From Octopus vulgaris (taxonomy: Eukaryota), in NCBI GenBank assembly GCA_951406725.2, contig OX597838.1, forward strand, positions 11,780,001 to 11,844,000: a DNA stretch of 64,000 bases. The letters run 5' to 3'. Positions 40,816 to 55,969 of this stretch are shown in pieces. A program made the translations under genes and the position numbers. Every line of letters starts with the position of its first letter. Position 1 is the first letter of the stretch. The notes beneath the pieces are model-generated. The model searched no databases, was not told where the DNA came from, and saw only the letters and a list, made by a program, of their open reading frames with translations.

Positions 40816-40840
40816 GGTGGTGGTGGTGGTAGTGGTGGAA

Positions 40841-41226
40841 GGCAGCGAGTTGGCAGAAACGTTAGCACGCCGGGCAAAATGCTTAGCGGTATTTCGTCTG
40901 CCGTTACGTTGTGAGTTCAAATTCCGCCGAGGTCGACTTTACCTTTCATCCTTTCGGGGTCGATTAAATAAGTACCAGTTACGCACTGGGGGTCGATATA
41001 ATCGACTTAATCCGTGTGTCTGTCCTTGTTTGTTCCCTCTCTGTGTTTTTATCCCCTTGTGGGTCGTAAAGGAATAGGGATTCGCCCGTTGCCTAGAGTA
41101 GAAAAGAATATTAAAAGCGCAGGAGGCGGCGAGCTGGCAGATGCGTTAGCGCGCCGGGTGAAATGCTTAGCGATATTCCATCTGTCTTTACGCTCTGATT
41201 TCAAATTCAGCCGAGGTCGACTTTGC
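40841..41226 (+). mobile_element. SINE family B copy plus a second head
   Basis: Consensus match at 40841-41075 and 41125-41226. Confidence 0.85.
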
Positions 41227-41649
41227 AACAACAACAACAACAACAGCAGCAGCTGCTGCAGCTGTGGGTGAACAACGTAATCTGCTTCGGCATTCAGTCC
41301 AAATACATCCGGATATTTGATGTTTCAGTAAGTTACTGCTAAACTCCCGCATCGTATTCTTATAGATATCAACTGCACAACAACAAGTAGCACTAAAAAA
41401 ACCCCATAAAACCCATATAAACAAACAAATACGTAAACATTAATGGAGGAGGACTTTTTTATGCACTTAAATAGTCTTCTGCATGCTATCTGAGTAGCTG
41501 CACTTTCAGTTTATCGAGTGTGAGCGAGTGTGTGCGTGTGGCTATGTGGATGTGTGTGTGAGTGTATGTGTTGGCGTGAATATCATCACAGTATCAGGTT
41601 TCTCTGGACATTTGTGTTTGTCAGACTGCCTGCCTGTCTGTCTGTCTGT

Positions 41650-41742
<93 letters not shown>

Positions 41743-41770
41743 CCTAACTCTCTCTCTCTCTCTCTATCTC

Positions 41771-41801
<31 letters not shown>

Positions 41802-42728
41802 GGCTTTCCTACACAAACATGTATGTATGTATGCATGTATGTATGTATATATGCATGCGTGTGTCTGTCTGTATGTATATGAAATGTATGCTCTTTTTAA
41901 AGTATGTGTATGTATATATGCATGCGTGTGTCTGTATGTATGTATATGAAATGCATGCTCTTTTTAAGTATGTGTATGTATATATACGTATGCATTTGTA
42001 TGTCTAGCATGTTTTGTATGAATGTGTCACGTCCTCGCGTTGTTGTTTTCTTGTATTTTTTCTCCGTTTTTGTTTTAAAATTTATTATATATATACACTC
42101 ATATATACTCACACGATCAAACAGAGTACTACACATACGCACATCCCACACATACACACAAACACACACATACACATACAGGCACACACACACAGCCAAT
42201 TACAATATTGCTGAAAATGCCTTTGTCATCTATGGGTCACTAACAACTCATAGTCGAACAATGTGGAGAGAAGCAACCTTGTTGCCCTGTCTTCAAACGA
42301 ACAAATTAAAATGTCAGCTTGACCCTGAAGAAGGGCTCTTTCTAAAATGTCACTAAACTTATTTTTGCTGTTAAGCCATGAAAAAGACAATTCTGTCAGC
42401 AGAATTTCATCATTAAGTTAAAGTTGACTTTCCCTGAAGAAATTTTTAACAACCCTGTACGACTTCCTCATGAAACCTATGTCAGTCAATGAATTAGCGA
42501 GGCGACAGCGATATCTTGGACAAAGGAACATTTCTCATTCTAAAACATTATGCCATCTGATCGATTCTGTTCAATATAAACATACCGGAAACAGGTGAGG
42601 TAGTATATGCTTTACAAAACAAACACGCTTTTTCTTCGAACTGTCGTCATAATTACATAACAGTTGTAGAATCATGATATTATCTTGCATTTCAACTCAT
42701 AAGTGTCTTGCCATAAATATTGAAGGCT

Positions 42729-42809
<81 letters not shown>

Positions 42810-42855
42810 CGTTTTGTAAATTATCAATAACCTCGAACTTCATAATTTTCGTACA

Positions 42856-42902
<47 letters not shown>

Positions 42903-42907
42903 TATAA

Positions 42908-43227
42908 TTTATACTTCTATCACAGCTACCATCATCATCATCATCATCATCATCGTCATCATGTTGACGGTGGTGCTGGTAGTTGTGGTTGTAGTGATGG
43001 TGGTTGAGTTGCTACTTGCTACTACTAGCACTACCATCGCGGGTAAATGAGAGATGATGGTAGTGTAGATCTAAAATTTGTTTTTCTTTAAAGAATGAAA
43101 TGGTAGTATGGCATTTGACCAATGCACAAACTCTCTCATTTACCCGCGATGGTAGTGTTGGTAGTAGCAAGTAAGCCACTCCACCACCATCACTACAACC
43201 ACAACTACCACCAGCACCACCGTCAAC

Positions 43228-43261
<34 letters not shown>

Positions 43262-43285
43262 CGGTAGCTGTGATAGAAGTATAAA
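42908..43285. repeat. Inverted repeat, ~150-bp arms, 77-bp spacer
   Basis: 42908-43054 is the imperfect reverse complement of 43132-43285. Confidence 0.9.
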
Positions 43286-43439
43286 GTTTTTTTAGGATTA
43301 GTGGTGGTCTTGGAGGTAGTAGAGAACTGGTGCTGATGGTGTTTGGAAGAGTTCTAGCATGACCGTTTAAATCCAGCTGTCATCACCACCAGTACGGCTA
43401 AATCCGTATAACCACGACGACGACGACGCCGATGACCCC

Positions 43440-43850
43440 CACCCCACCCACACCACCACAACCACCACCACCATCACCACCACCACCACCATCACCACCA
43501 CCACCACAACCACCACCACCACACCACCACCACCACCACCACCACCACCACCACCACCACCACCATCACCACCACCACCACCACCACCACCACCACCACC
43601 ACCACCACCACCACCACCACCACCATCACCACCACCACCACCACCACCATCACCACCACCACCACCACCACCACCACCACCACCACCACCATCACCACCA
43701 CCACCACCACCATCACCACCACCACCACCATCACCACCACCACCACCACCACCACCACCACCACCACCACCACCACCACCACCACCACACACCACCACCA
43801 CCACCACCACCACCACCACCACCACCACAACCACCACCACCACCAACACC

Positions 43851-43882
<32 letters not shown>

Positions 43883-43890
43883 CAACAACC
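43440..43890. repeat. (CCA)n tract
   Basis: Directly visible. Confidence 0.95.
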
Positions 43891-44401
43891 CAACCACCAT
43901 CATTTTATCGAATTATAATGGATGGAAGGAAGCTTTTATATACCGTGAAGGATCACGACAGCGATGTTGAATTTGCTGAGTGGTGGTTGCGGACGGAGTA
44001 GTGCTGGTGGTGGTGGTGGTGGTGGTGGTGGTGGCAGTAGCTGTGTGTTGCAGAGATTGTGGTCGTGGTGGTTGTACTGTCCGAGGCTGTGACTGATACA
44101 AATAATAAGATTGCGTGATTTTATCGTATCGGTGTGCATGTGTAGCACTGCGAAATGATAGGGTTATTTACATACATACTCTCTCTCTCTCTCTCTCTCT
44201 CACTCTCTCTCTCTCACTCTCTCTCTCACTTCTTTTCACACACACGCACACAGGCACTCACACACACACACACACATACACACAGGTACACACATATGTG
44301 TGTGTATGCATACACAAATGCATTTTGTCCACAAGTTTAATCTGGCGGACAATCTTCCTCGATACCGAGGGTTTACTAACGAATATATATATTTTCGTAT
44401 A

Positions 44402-44576
<175 letters not shown>

Positions 44577-44929
44577 ACATACATATATATAACGTGTTGT
44601 GTGTGTGTGTGCGTGTGGGTATACACACGCGTATTAGTTTCATGAAGCGGATAGCTGTAGACTTGAAGGATTTTTACTGGGAACCAGAAACAGAAAAAAA
44701 ACAAAAAAAAAACGGTCAGCAAACAAGGGATTTCAAAGTGCATTAAGACAAAATACCGCAGAGGTTGGAACAAAAGTTGATCAAACACATAATGTAAGCA
44801 TTAGAAAAGGGATGAATATGTACGAGAAGGGTTAACTTAATTCCTGTTTCTCTCTCCCCAGGTTCCGAATTCTGTAGGGATCAGCGGTTTGAAGTTTGCT
44901 TCCCTCTTGAGAGACAATGACATAAATAA

Positions 44930-45675
44930 TCCTTTCTACTCTAGGCACAAGGCGGATAAAACGCCACTAAGTATTTTGTCCGGCATGCTCACAATTCTCC
45001 CAGCTCAGTAATTAATAATAATAATATTGATATCAAATTTTGGCAGAAGACCGATAATTTCGAAGGAGGGGTAAGTCAATTATATCGATTAGAGTATTCA
45101 AAAATACTTATTTTATCGAACCCGAAAGGATGAAGACCAAGGTCGACCTCGGCTCAATTTGAACTCAGAACGTAAAGACGGACGAAATATCGCTAAGTAT
45201 TTTGACCGGCGAGCTAACGATTCTGTCATCTCACTGTCTTAAGATGAATGAAATGCCCCTCAGCGTTCTTCCCGGCGTGCCAACTGCTCTGCTGAACTCA
45301 CCAATAAATAATAATATTCTTTTCTGCTCTAGGTACAAGGCCCGAAATTTTGGGGGAGGGGGCCAGTTGATTAGATCGACCCCAGTACGCAAAGCGTACT
45401 TAATTTATCGACCCCGAAAGGATGAAAGGCAAAGTCAACCTCGGCGGAATTTGGACTCAGAACATAAAGACAGACGAAATACCACTAAGAATTTCGCCCG
45501 GCGTGCTAACGTTTCTTATTTCTTTATTGCCTAGACGGGGCTAAACATAGAGGGGACAAACAAGGACAGACAAAGGGATTAAGCGGATTACATCGACCCC
45601 AGTGTGTAACTGGTGCTTAATTTATCGATCCCCGAAAGGATGAAAGGCAAAATCGAATTTGAACTCAGAACGTAA
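44930..45675 (-). mobile_element. Cluster of SINE family B copies and variants
   Basis: Repeated cgaaaggatgaa..caaagtc.acctcggc.gaatttgaactcagaac motifs. Confidence 0.8.
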
Positions 45676-45938
45676 TATGTATGTATGTATGTATGCATGC
45701 ATGCATGCATGCATGTATGTATGTATGCATGCATGCATGTATGTATGTATGTATGTATGTATGCATGCATGCATGTATGTATGTATGTATGTATGTATGT
45801 ATGTATGTATGTATGTATGTATGTATGTATGTATGTATGTATGTATGTATGCATGCATGCATGTACGTATGTATGTATGTATGCATGCATGCATGCATGT
45901 ATGTATGTATGTATCTATCTATCTATCTGTCTATCTAT

Positions 45939-46001
<63 letters not shown>

Positions 46002-46669
46002 AAGTTATTGCTACGGATTTCCTATAGAATTTAGAGCCAGCGCTGAAGGTTTCGACGTCTCGTAAACGAATACTTGTGTGTAAATAATGCGATCGAAGAT
46101 AGAAAATAAGTAATGAATGTATATGCATATTTCAGGAGTTCTTGATCTTTTTTCAGTACCTCATCCGTCACGTTAACCATCCACAAATACATTGCTTTAA
46201 TAGCTAACAAATCTTGCGGTGTAACACCATTAGGTATATTAATTTTACATTGTAAACACATTCCTGGCAAATGGTAAGTATACATAATTGCTGGTAGTAT
46301 ATTATGGTACTTGGTTGTATATTATGGCTTAACGAAATACGGTATTTCATATTAGTGGTGGTGGTTCCATTTATTTTGATTGTTTCCTATGTTATTTCAA
46401 TGAATGCGAAAAATAATTTTATTGGCGTATTTTATGGGCTTTTTTACAGTTCTGGTCTTTCTCTACAGCTTTTGATTATCTTTTTTTGAATTTGAATAAA
46501 TTTTACCTCTTTTTAGGCGTATGACAATGGAGTGCCAAGTTACAAAAAAAAAAAAAAAAGATATCACACCTTGCATATAAAAATATTCTCGTGTATCTCA
46601 TTCATTTCTATCATTGGCAGTGCTGACGTAAGCCAAAAAATTAAAAAGAGTATTATCACCTTTTCAATG

Positions 46670-46865
46670 GTCATTCGCATGTAGCTGGCTATTGGTGAAT
46701 GAAAGTGTTTGATATTGCTACCCTCGTTTGAGTTTCTTGCTGGGACATATGGGATTTTCCACAGCAGAAGGTCAAAGTGCAACTTGAAGACATGTACTCC
46801 TACTCCATCTACATCCGTCAGGTTTTTTGGCTCTATAGTAAATAACAGTGGTCCTTTGCAATCAG
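46670..46865 (-). mobile_element. CR1/L2-like LINE 3' end fragment
   Basis: KGPLLFTIEPKNLTDVDGVGVHVFKLHFDLLLWKIP resembles the GP.LFN.LP...FK..LD.FL..VPD C-terminus. Confidence 0.6.
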
Positions 46866-47210
46866 GATAATATATAACCGCCCTCCACACAAATACATAC
46901 ACAGATGCATGCTAATCAAACCGTTTTTTTCATACACTTAACCTGTCTTACAACCTTAATTTCACAGTTCTTAACATGGCTCAAGGACAGATTAGTTGAA
47001 CGCTCATTTGAACCCTGAGTTGAAAGCTTGAGCTTGATTCTTGCTTTTGTTGTTGTGTTCGTTATTCTCCTTTGCTGCCGTTGTGGCTGTTATTGTTGCT
47101 TCTGCTCTTGACGTTGTTGTTGTTGCTGGTCCTGCTCTTGGTGCTGTTGCTGTTGTTGTTGATGACGTCGTCGTCGTCGTCGTTGTTGTTGTTGTTGTTG
47201 TTGTTCTTCT

Positions 47211-47242
<32 letters not shown>

Positions 47243-47390
47243 TTCTTCTTCTTCTTCTTCTACGCTATACTTGTTTATTACCGCAACCCCCTATTACGCT
47301 ATACACACACACACACACATATATATATTACGCTATATACATATATATATATATATATATATACATATATATATGTATATACACACACAC

Positions 47391-47479
<89 letters not shown>

Positions 47480-47556
47480 TATATACATATCTATACGTGT
47501 GTGTGTCTATTTATGAAAAAAATATGTGAATATAGTTCTCTCTCCCTCTCCCTCTT

Positions 47557-47595
<39 letters not shown>

Positions 47596-48710
47596 GCATA
47601 CATTCATACATATATATACAGACACGCATCTGCATATATACTAAGATGAATTCTGAAACGAATGCAGCATGACTAATATTCGAATTGCCATCTGAATGTA
47701 CATACATGCATGTATGCATACATACATACATACATACATACATACATACATACATACATACATACATACATACATACATACATACAAAGTGAATGCTAAA
47801 TAGTGGTGATTTACGGTTGGAATAGTCGAATACAGGAATAGTCGAATAAGCAGAAGAGGTATATGCGGAACATTTAGCTTCTCTTAATTGGCAGGAATAT
47901 GGACGATTGCTATTGGCAATAAGAAAGAGATTGTTTACTAAAGACAGCCTGCAGCTACGTACAGGCATTCTTTTGCACAGCAGTTTCTAGAAACAGATAA
48001 TTGTCTGTTTGCTACGTTTATGGTATGTTTCAGTTGGTAAAAGGGGAATTAAACAAAGCCAAAATTGCTGGAGTTAGCTAGTTTATGTGTTTATGATATA
48101 TACATATATAAGTCAAACCATATGTGTGTGTGTGTCTGTGTGCGAGTGTGTGTACACAAGTAACTGGACTAAAAAAAGTGGCACTCAGCGCAATCGGTTA
48201 CCTATGCTTGACGAGCTAGGTTCGTGTAAAGCGCCCACAAAACTCTAAATTGAATGGAACTGAAAAAAAGAAACAAAACAAAACAAACTGGTACGTATGT
48301 ATATATGACGAAACAAGAAGTTGGAAAATTCTTTGCTATTATTTATTGATCATGACACATGTTTCGTCTGCTAATAGGAATTACAGAGTTTACATGTTCG
48401 ATAAACATGTAAAGAATTTTCTATTGGAAATTCTTCAGACAAAGAAATTTAAAAAGATATATTCATAATGAAACATATGTAATGGTGAATAAAGAGTTCC
48501 AATAAATTTTCAACTTCCTGTTTAGATAAAACAAGAACTCTTCAAAAGATATTTCCAGAAATTTCAACTTTGATATGTACTTTACACCTACGAAGCAGCA
48601 TATTGAATTGTAATAATGAACTAAGTAGATGTCCTTCAAGACGAAACAGCTGGGATTTTACCCGACCTACATACATTATATATATATATATATAAAGATA
48701 TATATATATA

Positions 48711-48947
48711 TACTCTTTTACTCTTTTACTTGTTTCAGTCATTTGGCTGCGGCCATGCTGGAGCACCGCCTTTAGTCGAGCAAATCGACCCCGGGACTTA
48801 TTCTTTGTAAGCCCAGTACTTATTCTATCGGTGTCTTTTGCCGAACCGCTAAGTGACGGGGACGTAAACACACCAGCATCGGTTGTCAAGCAATGCTAGG
48901 GGGACAAACACAGACACACAAACATACACACACACACACACACACAC

Positions 48948-49026
<79 letters not shown>

Positions 49027-49227
49027 GTTAATCCAAACAAGAAAGCACAAAAAAACACAACAACGCGAGGACGTGGAACAAATATAGTATTATTGAACGC
49101 TCAGGAAAGAAAGAAAGAAGGAGGATTTAACGTTTCGAGCGGAGCTCTTCGTCGAAAACATAGGAGAAGGAAAGATCCAGAGAAGGGAAGACAGACGAAA
49201 AAAAAATCGCCAACGGTACCCACGAGG

Positions 49228-49289
<62 letters not shown>

Positions 49290-49460
49290 GACAGGCTTCT
49301 TTCAGTTTCCGTCTACCAAATCCACTCACAAGGCATTGGTCGGCGGTCGGCCCGGGGCTATAGCAGAAGACACTTGCCCAAGATGCTACGCAGTGGGACT
49401 GAACCCTGAGCCATGTGGTTGGTAAGCAAGCTACTTACCACACAGCCACTCCTGCGCCTA
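48711..49460 (-). mobile_element. SINE family A with an H2 hammerhead element (49024-49230) inside its central (TA)n
   Basis: SINE halves 48711-48930 and 49288-49460 flank (TA)n-H2-(TA)n. Confidence 0.85.
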
Positions 49461-50099
49461 TAATATATATATATCTAATACATCAAGTACAGGACATCAC
49501 AAACCGGGAGAAAATGCGTAAACACACAAGAGATATGTACAGGACTAAAGACCCAAAATATACAATATGAACAGGACATCACCAAGGAGTGAAAAATACG
49601 TAAATATAAAATGTGGGCAAGTACAACACAAAATACCAAAAGAGGTCTAAATCCTCCTCTGTTGTCGACTGTTAATTACTCCCTATTTCAACTACAAGAC
49701 AGGAAACCTTCATAAATCTTAATATTATAAAACTTGTGGAAAGTTAGAGCTTCGAACGAACAAACAACATCACAGTGGACGTACAGAGTAAACAATCGAC
49801 GGAGAGAAATATTAAGGGCCGTTAGTCCAAGACGAATTGCAATGGGTAACGCCTGGGTGAAATTTTTTCAACGAAATAGAATAATTAGAAGAGAAGAAAC
49901 TAGAAGAGAAAAACTGTCTGTAGGGGACAAAAATGACGTTCATTTGTTTCTTTCGCAGCTTGCAAAAAAAGCCCTTATTCCATGTCTTCGTACATCGAAT
50001 TTTTTTGTTATTTATGTTTCGTGACGTCCTGTGCCCACATATACATATGTATATACGTATACATGTAAGTATGTACGCATACGTATGTATATATATGCA

Positions 50100-50708
50100 C
50101 AAAATCGCCTCATTGTGTCGGGATCTTTTTGCGATGAACATTGTGTTGAAAACCCTTTTGAAAACGGTCATAAAGGGTGATAAATCGTGGATCTATGGCT
50201 ATGAACCCGAAACAAAGTCTAAGTCTTCGCAGTGGAAGATCCCAAGAGTGAAGAAAGCACGAATGAGTAAGACACCGTTGACCGTTTTCTTCGACAAGGG
50301 GATTCATCATCATGAGTTTGCTCCACCTGATCAGACGGTAGACAAGGAGTACTACCGTGATGCTTTGTTGCATTTGCGGGATGCTATTCGTCGGAAAAGG
50401 CCACAATTGCACGCGTCCGGTGAGTGCCAATTGCACCATGACAGCGCACCTGCCCATTCAGCGTAGCTTTTTGCAGCAGTTTTGGGTTAGGCACAGTATT
50501 CCCAGGTTCGACGGCCACCGTATTCCCCAGATCTCGCCCCTTGCGACGTTTTTCTCTTTCCAAAAATCATATCTCGCTTGAAAGGAAGAACATTTCTGGA
50601 CGTCGAGAAAATCAAGATGAATGCGACGAGGCAGCTGCTGATTATCCCAGGAAACGAGTTCCAGGAATGCTTCGATCAATGGAAACAGCGCTGGATTAAA
50701 TGTGTGGC
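50100..50708 (+). mobile_element. mariner (DD34D) transposase pseudogene fragment
   Basis: VIKGDKSWIYGYEPETK...SSQW; LHHDSAPAHS; YSPDLAPCD; LKGRTF...WKQRWIKCV. Contains stops and frameshifts. Confidence 0.93.
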
Positions 50709-50909
50709 TGACCTCGTGTGTACCGTTGGCGATTTTTGTCCCTCTGTCTTCTCTTCTCTGAATCTTTCCTTCTCCTATGTTTCCGATGAAGAGCTCCGCT
50801 CGAAACGTTAAACCCTCCTTCTTTCCTTCTTTCCTGAGCGTCCAATAATACTATATTTGTTCCACGTCCTCGCGTTGTTGTGTTTTTTTGTGTTTTCTTG
50901 TTTGGATTA

Positions 50910-50913
<4 letters not shown>
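50709..50913 (+). mobile_element. Family H2 hammerhead element (copy 3)
   Basis: 50779-50813: gttt-CCGATGA-a-GAGC-tcc-GCTC-GAAAC-GTT-aaac. The 3' end runs into (TA)n. Confidence 0.78.
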
Positions 50914-50986
<73 letters not shown>

Positions 50987-51094
50987 GTATGTATGTATAT
51001 ATATACGAACCTAGCTCGTCAAGCATAGGTAACCGAATACGCACATACAGTTGCACATATACATCTGTAAGATGTACACAGTTATACAAAATAT

Positions 51095-51136
<42 letters not shown>

Positions 51137-51154
51137 TATATATGTGTATGTATG

Positions 51155-51224
<70 letters not shown>

Positions 51225-51227
<3 letters not shown>

Positions 51228-51625
51228 TCTTTACTCTTTTTACTCTAATACTTGTTTCAGTCATTTGACTGCGGCCATGCTGGAGCACCGCCTTTAGTCG
51301 AGCAAATCGACCCCAGGACCTATTATTTGTAAGCCCGGGATTTATTATATCGGTCTCTTTTGCCGAACCGCTAAGTGACGGGGACGTAAACACACCAGCA
51401 TCGGTTGTCAAGCAATGCTAGGAGGACAAAGACAGACACACAAACACATACACACACACACACACATATATATATACATATTTACGACAGGCTTCTTTCA
51501 GTTTCCGTCTACCAAATCCACTCACAAGGCATTGGTCGGCCCGTGGCTATAGCAGAAGACACTTAACCAAGATGCCACGCAGTGGGACTGAACCCGGAAC
51601 CATGTGGTTGGTTAGCAAGCTACTT
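51225..51625 (-). mobile_element. SINE family A
   Basis: Consensus match. Confidence 0.9.
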
Positions 51626-52636
51626 ATATTATATACATATAAATTTTTGTATAACTGTGTACATCTTACAGATGTATATTTGCGACTGTATGTGCGTATG
51701 CCTATGTGTGTGTACGTACACGTGTTCGTACATCTTTCGCCGATGCATTTTGGGTAAAGTATGTAAAAATCGCCGAGAAATACCACTGTTCTTTTTCAGG
51801 TAGTCCTTGACAGACGATATTCGTTCTACATCAGATTACAGGCAGCTCCGTCTCTCTCTCACCGCTGTGGAACAGAAATTGTAACCAACGAAACTTTTGC
51901 TCACCACTTTTAATATAAAATAGACATGAAACATCAGAGGAAAGCTTAGTAAATTTTTGTTCGCAGTCCTATGACTGTTATTGCTCTCAGCTACAGTTCA
52001 CTCATTATGTTAGGCTCATTAAAGAAATGGAAACGATCCAATTAAGAACAATGTCTTTAATTCAGTTGTCGAACTATTAGGGGACATTGAAAGCATTAAG
52101 GCTGACCTTAGACCCTGGAGCGAATTCGTGAATGACGTAGTAATTTGTATTTGGATTATCTTAGATTGAACGGAACTAAGGCCTGATATTGAGCGTTAAA
52201 TAGGATGAAGGTATTTAACGTAGAGAGCAACGAGAATAAAGTAGCGAGGGCATATTTTAGGTAGTGAGCATTAGAAATTAAGTAGGGAGGACAAATTTAA
52301 TGCAGTGGGCGTTAAGAGTCAGGTAAGGAAGAGTTATTTTTATGTAGTTAGAATTGAAAGTTCAGTAGAGTTAATATATAACTATAGAGAATTGTGAGAA
52401 TCTCTAATTTAGAAGAAGGCGTAGGTAGGGGTGAATGTATTTGATATTAAGTTTTAAAAGTTAAGCAGTGGTTAATATATTTCATATTGTTCCTACTGAG
52501 AGTTAAGTGAGGTGAACAAATTTAATATAGTGAACATTGGGAATTACGATAAATATATTTAGTATAGTGGAGGGCGGTGAGCTGGCAGAAACGTTAGCGC
52601 GACGGTCGAAGTGCTTAGCGATATTTCGCCTGCCGT

Positions 52637-52737
<101 letters not shown>

Positions 52738-52827
52738 TTATCTATCTATCTAGAAACTGAAGAAATCTATGTATCTTTATTACCCATCTAGGGCTAAACA
52801 CTGTCTGTCTGTCTGTCTGTCTGACTG

Positions 52828-52863
<36 letters not shown>

Positions 52864-52867
52864 ACTA

Positions 52868-52929
<62 letters not shown>

Positions 52930-53029
52930 AACTGTCTGAAATACGGCTACGCTATCTATCTATCTATCTATTTTTTATACGGTTCATGCCAGCTCGAGAA
53001 AATTAACTGAAGAAATATATGTATATATT

Positions 53030-53970
53030 TGTGTCCGTTACTTGTGAGGTCTGTCATGAATGCTGTTGGTACATGGAATTCAGTACAACCTGTTGCATGG
53101 CCAGGTTGTCAGAGACTAAACCGGTACCCTCACCAAGCTAGCCCAGTGAGAAGGGTTGCTGGAAACTCAACCCAGCAGGACTAAAAACAAAACTTGTCAA
53201 AAGGATACGCATGAACCTAGTGTAGAGTAGGTTCAACGACTATGTAGCAATAGCACAGGCGCTCCGAAATTTCGGGTTGGTGCTGGAAGGCCACTGGGAG
53301 GGAGGCATCCCTTAACTTTTGTTAAAGCATGTCTTCAGGAGAAGGTCACTCTGATATAAAACCAGATAAGCATAGACTGGCATTAAACATTTTGGGGATC
53401 TTTTGCTTGCACTTGAGCTCATGACACTCCCACATCCCTGAGCCTGCGACCCATATTGGCATTATATATCTTGCCTCGGTTTGTCTCTGGATCATGTAAC
53501 TTGGCTGGAGAGGGTCTGTGAGAGGTTGTGCAAGCCTGGTTGGACCTAAAATTTTAGGTTGCATAATTGCTGGCGAGACAACTTTCTGATACCTATTTCT
53601 TTATTACCCACAAGGGGCTAAACATAGAGGGGACAAACAAGGACAGACATAGGTATTAAGCCGATTACATCGACCCAGTGCGTAACTGGTGCTTAATTTA
53701 TCGACCCTGAGAAGATGAAGGCAAAGTCGACATCGGCGGAATTTGAACTCAGAACGTAACGGCAGACGAAATACCGCAAAGCATTTCGCCCGGCGTGCTA
53801 ACGCTTCTACCAGCTCGCCGCCTAGTAGGAGGGCATCGTGGCGAGCATGAAAGTCACGAGCGCGAACCCGGGTGAAGCCGACCGCTGGTGCAATAACCTT
53901 ATATCTGAGCATTGCTGATATTTTGCAGGAGCAATGGTCAGTCAGTGTTGGTCTTCCTCGGCTACGAGTG
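53030..53970 (+). mobile_element. Possible RTE-like LINE 5' UTR region, interrupted by SINE B (-, 53593-53822)
   Basis: Comparatively GC-rich non-coding block with ggagaaggtcactctgatataaaacc, similar to a motif in RTE 5' regions (recognition only). The SINE B insert itself is clear. Confidence 0.35.
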
Positions 53971-54051
53971 GATATCTATCATGTATGAGCATATATTTAT
54001 CTGTAAGTATGCATATGTGCATATATGTATATATGTATATATGTATATCTG

Positions 54052-54807
<756 letters not shown>

Positions 54808-55404
54808 TGTATTTATAACTTTTTCTCTCTCTCTGGGTTGGCCACAGATTGAAAGGCTTTGGATTATGACAGACCTAGGGCTAAACAACCGCAGCAAAAG
54901 CGAAACAACAGCAGCAACACCAACAACCGCAAACCAAATTCCCAAACCATAAAAAAAAAAATAAAAATGCAAGATGCAAGAACAAACGGCAATTACAGAC
55001 AAAAAAACACAAACAAAAACTCAAAAACAACCACGGCAACAACAATAACAACTTCTACAAGAATCCTAATGACAGTAAAAGGCGGCGGCGGCGGAGATGG
55101 TGGTGGGTAGAGGTAATCCATTAATGCGTTATTAAGATTTGCTGTTTGTTCTAGAGTTGTTATCGTTTCTATTCCCTGCTCTTGCAGTCAAGCAAGTACA
55201 AGAGAAACACCTCCCAACACCAGAGGAGGGATTTACTCAAACGGCGGTGTGTTCATATGGGTGTATGATAATAAGTACATATGTGTATGTGTGTGTATGT
55301 ATGTGAGTGAGTGTGTGTGCTTGTTTAGGCATGTGAGTGCCTCTCTGAGTGTGTAATAAAAGAAATGATAATAATGATCATAGTTATATATATATAATAT
55401 ACAC

Positions 55405-55455
<51 letters not shown>

Positions 55456-55969
55456 TATAATATGTACACCATGTATCTTATATATATATATATATATACA
55501 CACATGTATATATATATATATAATACATTATGTATGTATATATATATACATATATATATATATAATATGTACACCATGTATCCTATATATATATATATAT
55601 ATATATAACTATGATCATTATTATCATATCTAATCATTAGGCTACACGCTTTCAAACACACACAAATATGCACACACACACACGCGCGCGCGCATGCACG
55701 CACACACATGCACGCACACACATGCACGCACACACATGCACACACGCACACACAGAGTTTTCAATCGGCAGAAAGTTACTTTCTACCGATTAAAAGAAAA
55801 GTTATATAAACTCATCTGTGCACGTCTATTTTTCCTGTTTATTCCACCAAAAGTCATTCCTTCTCACCCCCCTTTCCCCCTCAGAAAAAATCATAAACTT
55901 ATACACACATGCACACATATACCGTCTATACAAAATTCTTCCACTTCTGCTGTTGGTGCTGCATTGATG

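Noticed and set aside
43894-44001. Protein-like peptide MDGRKLLYTVKDHDSDVEFAEWWLRTE*
   Set aside because: No recognisable homology or convincing splice acceptor; flanked by triplet repeats.
46036-46170. Possible hammerhead on the minus strand (CGGATGA...GAAACcttc)
   Set aside because: Core mutated, ~100-nt spacing, no convincing stems.
49480-50045. Possible further pLTR-like family (acaggacatcac repeats; similar to 4890-4945)
   Set aside because: Similarity is short and no intact ribozyme core could be read.
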